DNA from: Eledone cirrhosa
Lineage: Eukaryota
Direction of reading: 5' to 3'
DNA length: 64,000 bases
Assembly (NCBI GenBank): GCA_964016885.1
Contig: OZ024742.1
Location: forward strand, 303,490,001 to 303,554,000
A program made the position numbers and the translations under genes. Shown piece after piece: positions 13,291-24,360 of this stretch (the stretch's first letter is position 1; each line of letters opens with the position of its first letter). The notes beneath the pieces are model-generated. The model did no database searches and was not told where the DNA came from. It saw only the letters and a program-made list of their open reading frames with translations.

Positions 13291-15160
13291 TATATATATA
13301 TATATATATATGTTTCGAACCTTGATCTAGTTGATCTAAGGTCAATGGTATTCAGCTATGATTAATCCGTCTTTTTGTACTATCAGTCTTAGTCCTATCA
13401 GTCGACAGACCACATAGAGATTTTCTGCTGTTTAATAAGTTGATAATGAATTCCTTGTAATGTAACCTGCTTCATTTGAGAATAGTTCTATTGTTTTAGA
13501 TTGTTTTGCTGATACATATTTCTGTAATGTGTTTAAAATAATGACACGACTGCGCGATTATTTTGGTTTAAATTGATTCTGTCACAGTTGATTTGGTATG
13601 ATTGTCTATTATTTGCTTTCTGTTGTTCTATAAAAACTAGGATATGTCGAAGAATTATGGAAACCTTTCAATACGTCAGGTTTATGCCAACTGATTTTAT
13701 TCACAATGTCTGAAATTTATTAACTTGTATAGCGAGAACCATCTTCGTGTTACAGTTTACGTAAATTACTGTTTTGATCTGTGACTGCAACCTGAGATTT
13801 CCTTTTCATAGGGAATAATTTTTAACTTGTCACATTTTCAATAATTTTGAATTCGTTTAGGTTCTGTGACAAAATAAGTTTATTTTACGTATGGAATACA
13901 TAAACTAACCTAAAAATCAATATCAATAATTGTTTCTTTTATTAACCTTTTAATGGAACCATCTGGAGAAAACAACCCAAAAGAGGAAAATATTTTCTCA
14001 GAATAGTGAAAGTAAATTATAATCGAAAGTAAAGCATTCGGTGTTGAGGATTATCAACTCTAACCTATAGCAGCTCTTGTATCAAAGGTATATGAGAATA
14101 GTATACAGATATTTAAAATGATCCGATATCCTGCTGGTATATATTTCCACTGTTTCCTGGTTTCGTACCTTTAAATGACACGAAGTAAAGAATTTGTTTG
14201 TTATTGTATAGCAAATTATGATAATGTATAATGTTAAACAACACCAGGAGTGCTACAATACCACAACTATCCAAGTCATATTAGTCTCTGTCTTACCGCA
14301 AGGCGTATAATTAGTGGGGGTAGCCCAGCGAACAATATAATAAGCATTGCAAGGATAGAAAATTGCTGATTTTCATTGATGTGCAAGTGTCTCAAATTTA
14401 CTACCATCAATTAAGCATGCTATATCGATAATTTATCGACATTTTAAAGAAAATTTCTTATCCATACTTAACCCTGGTATCGGTATCTTTTGATGTCTTG
14501 CCGATGCCTTAATCATATCAGCTTTCATCTTTAGTGTCCACCACCATAACTGCTTTATATATCCTAATGATTACGTGGCAAACAAGAACACTTTTACTCG
14601 GTCATCAAAACAATTTTTGTGGGGGATATTTCTTTAGGTGAATCGAATTAATCTTTGCCAGTAAAAATGAGACATTTTTTCATCCTTCATATGCGAACAG
14701 TGCTTATTAGACAATTTGTTAGATAGATGAATTTAGTTCATTAGTGTCCGCTTGCAGCCAACTCCCAGCATCCCATAAAACACTATAATCAACGTGTATG
14801 TCGTCTTTGCATACATAAAACAACATGCTGAGTAAAATATTCACATTCATTTAAACACGCATTCAAACATTCAAATAGATATATCCATATGTGTGTCATA
14901 GAGTGATCTGAATATGTATGAGGATGTACAGATGTTGCATGGAATGTATGAATAAAATAGGTAAAAGAGAATCTGCTACTTACACATACGTAATTGCAGT
15001 TGCACATATCAAAATGCCGTTATATTTGCAAGTACATTTACACGATTCTCTCTACTCATGTCTACTTATATATGTATAAACACATGCAGTCCGACATATA
15101 TGCAAGCACATATCTGGATATGTATGTTTATATAAATGTATATATATATATATATAAATG

Positions 15161-15283
<123 letters not shown>

Positions 15284-15918
15284 AGATGGTAATAATAAAT
15301 GTGAAGTCTAAAATCCGAAGAGGGCTCGATAAGGATTATATACATATATATACATATTATTTAAAGGTTAAACAAGGTTCAATGAATAAATCAAAGAATG
15401 AGTTTTACAATAGAATGGAAGCACTCCACAGTATTGGTTTTCAGGAGTTATTAGTATTAATTCAAAATATTAACAAAAATAGATATTTTTGTTAATATGT
15501 ATATTTATGTATTTATATATATATATTTTTTTGCATCATCTAATTATACGCTATTTATCCCCGACAATACAAATCTCCCTCCCTATGCTTTAAACTATAA
15601 AAATTATTCCTCCTTGTCTCTCTATCCTTAATCAATTCTCTTTTGCTTTCTATACTTCTAGTAACTATCTTTTTCCTCACCTTTTTCTCTCTGTCCTTCT
15701 TCTTTCTTCAATAATTTAAATTATTTGAATCACTAACAGTTATGTAAATTGCTATTATGTATTTTTTAAGCTTTCTCACACGCACCCTCTGTAGTATATG
15801 TAAATTTTTCATGTCTCAGTCTTAAGGTATATAAATATTGAGTTTTGTCATATCTTATTCACTACCATGACTGAATCTTAACCATCAACTAAGTTAGGGT
15901 ATGTCATGCATCATCTTA

Positions 15919-15982
15919 ATTTATCTGATGAGGACGTACTGTTGAAGATAACTCAGTACCTCTGAAATATGTATAATCAAAT
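15919..15982 (+). ncRNA. Hammerhead-like motif
   Basis: atttat-CTGATGA-ggacgtactg..cagtacctct-GAAAT-atgt-ATA-atcaaat. Confidence 0.55.
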
Positions 15983-16069
15983 ATACTTGATCGCACGAAT
16001 GTCTATTTTTAAAAAATATTTTGAATTAATATTATATATACATATATATATACACACACACACATACAT

Positions 16070-16101
<32 letters not shown>

Positions 16102-16296
16102 ACAGGTTGAGCAAATATTTAGTACAGATTAAAGTTAAAGCAAAGAATCGCTGCTTTCAACCCTTTAGGTTAAATTTCATTAAAATAAAATATAATAATA
16201 GCGTATATAAATCTATGTGTGTGTGAATGTTTGTATATGGATTTGCACACACACACACTGAAAATCCGAAGGCAAGGTACAATTCCAATCATTTAA

Positions 16297-16370
16297 TCAC
16301 GACACATGTTTCAATAAGAGATAGATCGATTGTGAAGCCATGGTCGATTATCACTGAACTCATCAAGTGA
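16297..16370 (-). ncRNA. Hammerhead-like motif (U3 variant)
   Basis: Minus strand reads tcac-TTGATGA..GAAAC-atgt-GTC-gtga. Confidence 0.55.
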
Positions 16371-16458
16371 AAATGAATTGTCTTCAAATTCTTGATATGA
16401 GGGAGAAAAATAACGATGTTCTCTCACAAAATTCATTCCCTCATATATATACACATAT

Positions 16459-16490
<32 letters not shown>

Positions 16491-16492
<2 letters not shown>

Positions 16493-17120
16493 ATTAATGA
16501 AAAAGAACAAAGGAACTATTATGACATTATAACAAGTTTATTGCCGACAGCCGTTTCGTCCGACCATATGGTGGGACTTTTCAAGGCATATAACATGTGA
16601 TTGTAAGTTCATTATTTACATCAACCTATCACTTAAGACTAGCAGTTTGAAATTGTGGTATACATCAGCAGCTCCGCTTGTATATTTGGGGTCTATATTC
16701 TAAGGGGGCTCTTTTATATTAGTTGTCGGAATTGTAAAAGGGATGGGTTATGGGGAGTTAAGAGAATTTGAAAATGGCCTAAGAGTCAGGGATTGAAGGT
16801 TAAAAATGTTTAACCTTCAATCCCTGACTCTTAGGCCATATTCAAATTCTCTTAACTCCCCATAACCCATCCCTTTTACAATTCCGACAACTAATATAAA
16901 AGAGCCCCCTTAGAATATAGACCCCAAATATACAAGCGGAGCTGCTGATGTATACCACAATTTCAAACTGCTTCTTAAGTGATACGTTGATGTAAATAAT
17001 GAACCTACAATCACATGTTATATGCCTTGAAAAGTCCCACCATATGGTCGGACGAAACGGCTGTCGGCAATAAACTTGTTACAATGTCATAATAGTTCCT
17101 TTGTTCTTTTTCATTAATAT
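16491..17120. repeat. Near-perfect ~310-bp-arm palindrome carrying two HHRs
   Basis: Arms meet at ggttaaaaatgtttaacc (about 16806). HHR tgcc-TTGAAAA-gtcc..ggac-GAAAC-ggct-GTC-ggca at 17023-17069 (+) and 16542-16588 (-). Confidence 0.9.
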
Positions 17121-17222
17121 TTCTGCTCTGCTTATACGCATAGAGCTTAACTAGCTACCGTCGCATATTTGGTAGGTCAGACGTGATCATCGCGATTCAC
17201 ATACGACCTACCATACATCTTG

Positions 17223-17280
<58 letters not shown>

Positions 17281-17310
17281 TGTATGTATAGTATATTTGA
17301 TAATATACTG

Positions 17311-17620
17311 TATGTTTAACTAAAATCATTGTGAAGACCATACGCTATCGGTTTTAAAGTAGTGACTTGTCACTTACTTCTTTTCGGCGAAAGAAAGGAG
17401 AGAAGTTAACAGTCTGTTTCACGCTGTTTGGCGATCATCAGAGGCACGCACGTTCTGTAATTTTCGGCGGAACAGGGAGTGCGTGGCTCTGATGATTGCC
17501 AAACACCGTGAAACAGACTGTTAGCTTCTCTCCCTTCTTTCACCGAAAAGAAGTAAGTGAAATATTCACCACTTTAAAACGGATAGCGTATGGTCTTCAA
17601 AATGTTTTAAATTAAACATA
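17311..17620. repeat. Diverged fold-back with HHR motifs
   Basis: Imperfect inverted repeat. gct-CTGATGA..GAAAC-agact-GTT-agc at 17486-17525 (+), with its mirror at 17405-17445 (-). Confidence 0.8.
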
Positions 17621-18329
17621 CATTCATGTATACATCGCTATTTCAGAGCACCAATCCTAATATATATATATGCGTGTGTGTTTGTATGTGTGTGTGTGTG
17701 TGTACAAATCCACATACAAACACCTACACACACACATATATTTATATAAGCTTTAATTATATTTTATTTTAATTGAATTTAACCTAAAGTTCCTAATATA
17801 CAGATCATTGTGCATAATTTCTCATTATTTAATTAATTCTTCCACCTCCTCATTATTTAAATTAGAATCTCTATAACCGTTAAAGATGGATTTATGTTTC
17901 ATATAAATAGTTTCCTGGAAGGATAATTTTTTGTTGCATGCTGATGAAAACTTAAAAAGCGGTGAAACATAATTGGACCATATATAACCTCTCTATTGCT
18001 TATTCCACAATAAAGCGCACTAAGGAAACTCTGTAAAATGTTCGCTGATATGAAGGCATCTATCTATGTGAAGTATGACAAACAATTTAGAATTACGTTA
18101 AATGTACATGAAATATTCTGTCAGCTGCACGTTAGTTTAAGGAACAGGCTCTTCCATATCAACCCAGTACTAAACATATATGGAAGAAAGGAAATTGGAA
18201 ATATCTTGAGTAAGCATAACACAGAACTATCTCTACGGCTATCTACATTTAATATTGTACCTAAAATTAATTGGAAATTAATTTGGTAAAGCTAAAGAAT
18301 TTTAACGGGGCAGTGTGTAAGTATATCTA

Positions 18330-18455
18330 ATAATTGTTTCTACTTTTGGCACACGGCCAGACATTATTTCAGTGCATTACTGGTACTTTATTTTATCGAC
18401 CCCGTAAGAATGAAAAGCAAAGTTAACCTAGGCGGCATTTGAACTCAGACCGTAA
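18330..18455 (-). mobile_element. Nin-domain SINE
   Basis: attgtttctacttttggcac..ttttatcgaccccgtaagaatgaaaagcaaagttaacc..tttgaactc. Confidence 0.8.
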
Positions 18456-18754
18456 AGCACAATATGCAAATCCAATCAACCCTTTCACTAACCCTCTATA
18501 CACCCACCTCCTGATTCATCACCTGACTGACACTGCCCAGTTAAAATTCTATGACTATAGCCACTGATCACTTACAATTCTATGGCTATGTCCACTAACA
18601 CCCTTTATCACCTTCTTCTTTCACACAAACCTACCACCCCACTGCTACCACCACCCTGTCCATGCTATCTTAATTACACCTTCTAAATTAAGTCCCCCTC
18701 CTCCACCTCAAGTCTTCCAAGTTTTATTTGTGTCTGCTACTGAAAACTTTACTT

Positions 18755-18798
18755 CTTGTCTGATGACTGATAAACAAGCGAAACTCCAGCGTAACGAG
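18755..18798 (+). ncRNA. Hammerhead-like motif (weak stem II)
   Basis: cttgt-CTGATGA..GAAAC-tccagc-GTA-acgag. Confidence 0.5.
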
Positions 18799-19125
18799 AC
18801 TCACCTTTTATCCTTAATATATATAAATATATATATACAGAGAAAGATTTAAAATAGTCGAGTTAGTGTTGCAGCATATGTTCAAAATTTATTTCGATAT
18901 CGATGAGCTCAGAGTACAATCAATGTAATGGGGCCTGACTCTTTTTCGACATTTCGTCAGATATGAGAGTTTATATGGACAAAGACACATATTAACACAC
19001 ATATATGTATATGAGGAGTGATGATGAGTGTGTGTGTGTGTTTGTATGTGTGTGTGTGCACGTGTGTGTCTGTATGATCGTTTCATGTCAAATATCCTAC
19101 CACACTACTATTACCACGCACACAC

Positions 19126-19177
<52 letters not shown>

Positions 19178-19255
19178 ATGTATATATACATATATATCTT
19201 TTACCCTTTTGCCTGTTCCAGCCATCCGGCTAAGGCCATGCTGGGGCACGGTCCT

Positions 19256-19293
<38 letters not shown>

Positions 19294-20099
19294 AATCAGG
19301 ATGAATTCAGTCTGTTTTAATATTTGATATATACATATACGTTTAAAAAAAGTATTAATGTAAGATTTTATTGACATTTGAATCAATTCTCATAATAATT
19401 TTAAATCCTAAAATTTAAAATTTTTAAAAATAAAAACCACAATTAATGGATTATATACAAAATGTGATTCAAATTGTAGAAGATAATTGTGTTAACTATA
19501 AATTATATACGAGATCAATTTAGTTCTAGATAATAACATACCGGATTCTCAAAAATTAAAATAGATGCTTGAGTATTAATCTGCTACAGGTATCCATTGT
19601 GTTGTTCTGCTCGGTAGTCTATGTTAGGTATCATTGTGGCATAGGTAATGGGTGGCATCCCAATGAACCATATAACATCCATATTATTCCTTTGACAATA
19701 TGTAATATCCAAATGTTTATTCTATGCAGAAGGCTAGAAGTATCAAGTGCCATCAGATACACAAAACCATCGTCTGCAATAATGTACTGACCCATTTCTA
19801 TTTACATATATATTCTTGTAAAAAAAAGCTTGAAAATAAATTGAAAATCTATTTCATAAAGAAATCTATTTCCATCATTCTAAATTACCATCATTTAAAG
19901 AACATATATGTACAAATTTATAGTAATTAAGATTAGATGTATTCCTGTGTTTTTCTACAAATATCTGTCTGTAAATAAATTTTTGTTCGCAAATATTGTG
20001 AAGTACTTCGTGTAGAAGAATATACTTTAGATTATTTTCTAATCCTGCATATATATATTCCCCTATTCTCTTTTGAAAACCAAATAATGGTTTCTTATA

Positions 20100-20228
20100 T
20101 AGGCACAAGGCCAGTAATTTGGGGGGAGGAGAAAGTCTTTCAAATCGACCTCAGTGCGTGACTGATACTTTATTTTATCGATCCTGTAAGGATGAAAGGC
20201 AAAGTTAACCACGGCGGGATTTGAACTA
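20100..20228 (-). mobile_element. Nin-domain SINE
   Basis: ggcacaaggccagtaatttgggg..ttttatcgatcctgtaaggatgaaaggcaaagttaacc..tttgaac. Confidence 0.8.
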
Positions 20229-20843
20229 AACCAAATAATGTTAGCTGGGTTCGACCATTTCAGACTTGAATGTTTCGTCTTGTACATTGATGGTTTCAGA
20301 CGCCGACTATTGAACTTTCCCCAGGGAATACGCTACTCTATTGATTTGACCAAGAATTATATCCCATTGAAAGCTGTATTATTCAGAAAATAATAATGGA
20401 AACAGCAGAGAAGCAGTACATTGTCAACAGTTATAATTTCATATATAAGATGTGGAAGAAAACATAAGACTACGTTAAAATATATGATAATTAAAGTATT
20501 CTTGTGATTTTTAAAGGAAAAGTAAAAAGAGATCGTGTGAAAGAAACGGCATGAAAGAAAAGACGCAACATTGAACAATGATAACATCATTAAACGTTTT
20601 CACCTCAGCCGTATTGGGGTTTATCGTTGAGAAAAGGAATAATGGTACAGCTAGTTGCGATGTATCAACAGCATTGATCGTACACAATGGCGCCTGAAAC
20701 CGGCATTGCATTTAAGTTAAAATATCAAATACTTGAATTAATCAATCCAAATATGATTTAAGGTCGTACATGTAACATAGACACAGACACACAGGCACAC
20801 ACACACACCATCACCTAACCTATACACACACAAACACACACAC

Positions 20844-20921
<78 letters not shown>

Positions 20922-21038
20922 ACACACACACACACTCACACACACATACAAACATATATATATATTGGGTTATCAACTATGAAATTCATAGAAATTTGTA
21001 GGAAACAAATTTCTACAAATATCATATTAACGACCCAA

Positions 21039-21118
<80 letters not shown>

Positions 21119-21119
21119 T

Positions 21120-21420
21120 ATTATTAGAAATGTAAGCTATCGCCGTATTTTGACTAAATAAATTAAAGAAATTATTTAGCCTGATAGTGGGGTTAAGAAC
21201 CCTCGGAGAAATGGAAAAAGATGAGTATAGACGTACATGATGTGTTGGTGTAAATGGTAGCACAGTGGTCCGGATAACCAAGGATGTGGGTTCGACTCCC
21301 ATGTACGTCAATACTCATCTTTTTCCATTTCTCCGAGGGTTCTTAACCCCACTATCAGGCTAAATAATTTTTTTAATTTCTTTAGTCAAAATACGGCGAT
21401 AGCTTACATTTCTAATAATT
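21120..21420 (+). mobile_element. Fold-back element with a tRNA-like head in the loop (SINE-like)
   Basis: ~120-bp inverted arms surround a cloverleaf at 21239-21310 with A-box TGGTGTAAATGG and B-box GGTTCGACTCC. Embedded in (TA)n. A related copy lies at 36825-37115. Confidence 0.8.
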
Positions 21421-21451
21421 TCAAACCCACTCGCTGTTTCGAAAATATTCT

Positions 21452-21494
<43 letters not shown>

Positions 21495-21570
21495 CGGAGA
21501 GTGTATGTGTGTTGTCTTTTGAACTTTTTAAGTATAGAGGAAATATTTCATTCGTATATTATTGGTGTTT

Positions 21571-21668
21571 CTAAATGTAGGTGAGGTTCTTCTTATGTGA
21601 TGCGACTGCACCTGATCCTGTGGCTACACCAGATTCTGCATGTGTAATTGCTAACACCAGGCGTTCTA
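21571..21668 (-). CDS. Candidate terminal exon of a minus-strand host gene
   Basis: Acceptor ttcattttcag|, then (I)ERLVLAITHAESGVATGSGAVASHKKNLTYI*. Phase-compatible with the candidate exon 23201-23267. Confidence 0.45.
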
Positions 21669-21949
21669 CTGAAAATGAACCAATTCTTTATATTAGCTGT
21701 AACAATTGTATGTTTTGTAGGTCTAGAACTTCCTATGTGATTTTAATGATTTTTGAAAGTCGCTATATTGCGATTTAATTACAATGCATTTAGTCTGTTG
21801 TTTCCAGTAGATTTAGCGACCACGTAGTCGTTCTCTCATTGCTCGGATGATATTTGTGGCTGTATGAGACAAAGTCCTCTTTTAATGAAGAGAGTTAATA
21901 TGAAAGTCAAACTTCTTCTCCTTACTCTTCTTGTGGCACAACAACAAAC

Positions 21950-22610
21950 ACGCCTTCTAGTGGATCCTTTCAGAACCATGCGTCTCCATTTGATCCGGCT
22001 GGATCACTAAGTGATACCAGTCGAGCTCGTGGATGTTATCCGAACATCTTGCTCGAAGTTTACCTCTGGGTCTCCTGCCAGTTGTTTTTTGCCCGTAAAA
22101 TTTGTCCAGTGATTCATTCTTTAGATATTCTAAACACCTGTCCGTACTGTCGAGCTGTAACCTCTCAATTCGGAGAAGTAGCGGCTCTCCTTGGAGTGAC
22201 ACTCTGATCTCCGAGCTACACATTCTACCGAGTAACATTACTCCAAAGACCATTCGGAGTAACCCCATTTCGCTCATTACACAAGGCTCATGACCGTAGG
22301 TAATAATTGGTACGAGTTCCAAATGAAGATATCGAGTTTGGCTTTTATACTTACCTCCATTCTAATAACCGAATGCGGATGCTGGGACTTTACTGCACCA
22401 TATCTTGCAATCCTTGTATTATTTCAGCTCTCTGCTTTCTATCACTTGTAACAAATGTCCCAAGATACGTGAACCTTCTTATCTACTTCAGTGGAAATCC
22501 TATCAAGTGTAGAATGCACTGCGTAAGCCTCTGTGAAACGACGAGTTTCTAAGACTTCGCAGTACTGAATTTCATTGCAGCTTTGCAGCACTCGGCAGCA
22601 AACCTATGCA
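21950..22610 (-). mobile_element. Decayed RTE-clade LINE 3' fragment
   Basis: VPIITYGHE..EMGLLR..GRRPRGK..W motifs typical of the RTE RT C-terminal region. Confidence 0.7.
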
Positions 22611-22759
22611 GGATGGAGATCATCTTCTCCCAGAACTATTTCATTTTTTTCTGAACATTGATGTTTATATTGGATGAACTGTCCTTTTTAATGACGGCAG
22701 TATGAGTTTAAAAGGCCGTTTCAGTGTTGTTTCTTATATGTCGAGTGACGATATTGTGT

Positions 22760-23017
22760 ATTAGTAGTAGTAGTAGTAGTAATTGTAGTGATAGTTGCAG
22801 TAGTTATAGAATTAATAGATGTGGTGGTGGTAGCCATTGTAGTGCTGGTGGTGGTAGTAGTAGTAGTATTAGTAGTGGTGGTTTTCGTGGTGGTGGTAGA
22901 ACTGGAGGTGTCAGTAGCAGCGGCAGTATTAGCAGCAGCAGTAATAGAAGTAGTTACAGTTGCAGTAGCAGCAATTGCAGTAGTAACAGAAGCAGCAATA
23001 GTAGTAGTAGTAGTAGC

Positions 23018-23082
<65 letters not shown>

Positions 23083-23095
23083 CAGTAGTAGTTAA
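22760..23095. repeat. (AGT)n/(GGT)n/(AGC)n trinucleotide tract
   Basis: Seen directly in the sequence. Confidence 0.95.
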
Positions 23096-23200
23096 ATCTT
23101 AGAGGAATTAGGTGAGGGAGAGTATCGAGATAATGGACACGTAGGTCAAATTTCATTAATGTAAAAATCGCGTGTGCTGAACCACTTTTCTGCGTCTCAC

Positions 23201-23267
23201 TGTTCTTGGATACAATTTGTTGTTCACTGATACGGGGAATCAGCAGACTTTGTGCATTCGTCTGAAG
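23201..23267 (-). CDS. Candidate internal exon of the minus-strand host gene
   Basis: ccag|CTTCAG..AAGAACA|gtgaga. Encodes LQTNAQSLLIPRISEQQIVSKN plus one A; phase 1 joins the 21668 exon as ATA (Ile). Confidence 0.35.
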
Positions 23268-23619
23268 CTGGATTAAGGCGAGATTAATGTGTTGTATAAT
23301 TGAAAACAGTAGGGATCTCACGCCTTCTGAGGATAGTTGGGTGGATGGAGGTATTGGAGTATACAACTGACACATAATGTGAACACATAAGAAACAACGA
23401 TATGGTGAGAAAGAAGATAAACATTTGAAGCCTAATATATATTAGGCTGTTATATGGCGGTAAGGGATTCATCGGCTGGAGTAGAGGTGGAGGTGATGCG
23501 TGTGACCATGTCGATTTAGAAAAGGAAATAGGAGACAAAGGATTGATCAAGCTGGGTGGGAAGTTGTAGTGGTGGTCAAGGAAGTCGACGAGAACGGTGA
23601 AAATAGATAAGTGGAATAC

Positions 23620-23651
<32 letters not shown>

Positions 23652-23686
23652 ATATATATATATATAAACACATATATATATATACA

Positions 23687-23773
<87 letters not shown>

Positions 23774-23780
23774 ATATGTA

Positions 23781-23815
<35 letters not shown>

Positions 23816-24004
23816 AGGATTTATATGCTTGTGTATGTATGTTTGTGTTCATGTGTGTCCATACATGTCCCTATTTATTGAAACAAGGAAGTAGATGTTA
23901 GGAATGTATTAGATTATGAAGAAAAAGACGATTATGTTGTTGATGATGATGATGTTGATGAGTAATAGGTTAAAGAACAATAGGAATAAACAAACATTCA
24001 ATAA

Positions 24005-24360
24005 TAATAATTGTTTCTACTTTTGGCACAAGGCCAGCAATTACCCCAGTGCAATACTTGTGCTTCATTCTATCGACACCGTAAGGATGAAAGGCAAAGT
24101 TAACCTCGGCGGAATTTGAATTCAAAAAGTAAAGGGCCATCATTCTATGCTGCAAAGCATGGCATCTGACGGTCTACCGATACTGCCAATCCACTTTAGG
24201 CCACCAATTTTGGGGGAGGAGAAATTCGATTAAATTGAGAGTGCATTACTGCTACTTTATTTTATCGACCCCATAAGAATGAAATACAAACCTAGTCTCG
24301 GTGGAATTTGAAATCACAATATAAAGGGATGTAATTATGTGCCACAAAGCATGTTTTCCG
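24005..24360 (-). mobile_element. Two tandem Nin-domain SINE copies
   Basis: Two ttttatcgac..gtaag.atgaaa..tcgg.ggaatttgaa cores. The first includes the head gatactgccaatccac. Confidence 0.8.

Noticed and set aside
17935-18965. CTGATGA..GAAAC at 17941 and CTGACGA..GAAAT (minus) at 18890-18965; similar partial motifs at 7090, 27549 and 31210
   Set aside because: Cleavage triplet or stems are missing, so they are not counted as supported ribozymes.
21239-21310. Functional tRNA gene
   Set aside because: The anticodon loop lacks U33, the acceptor stem has several G-U pairs, and it is embedded in a repeated fold-back element. Treated as a SINE head.
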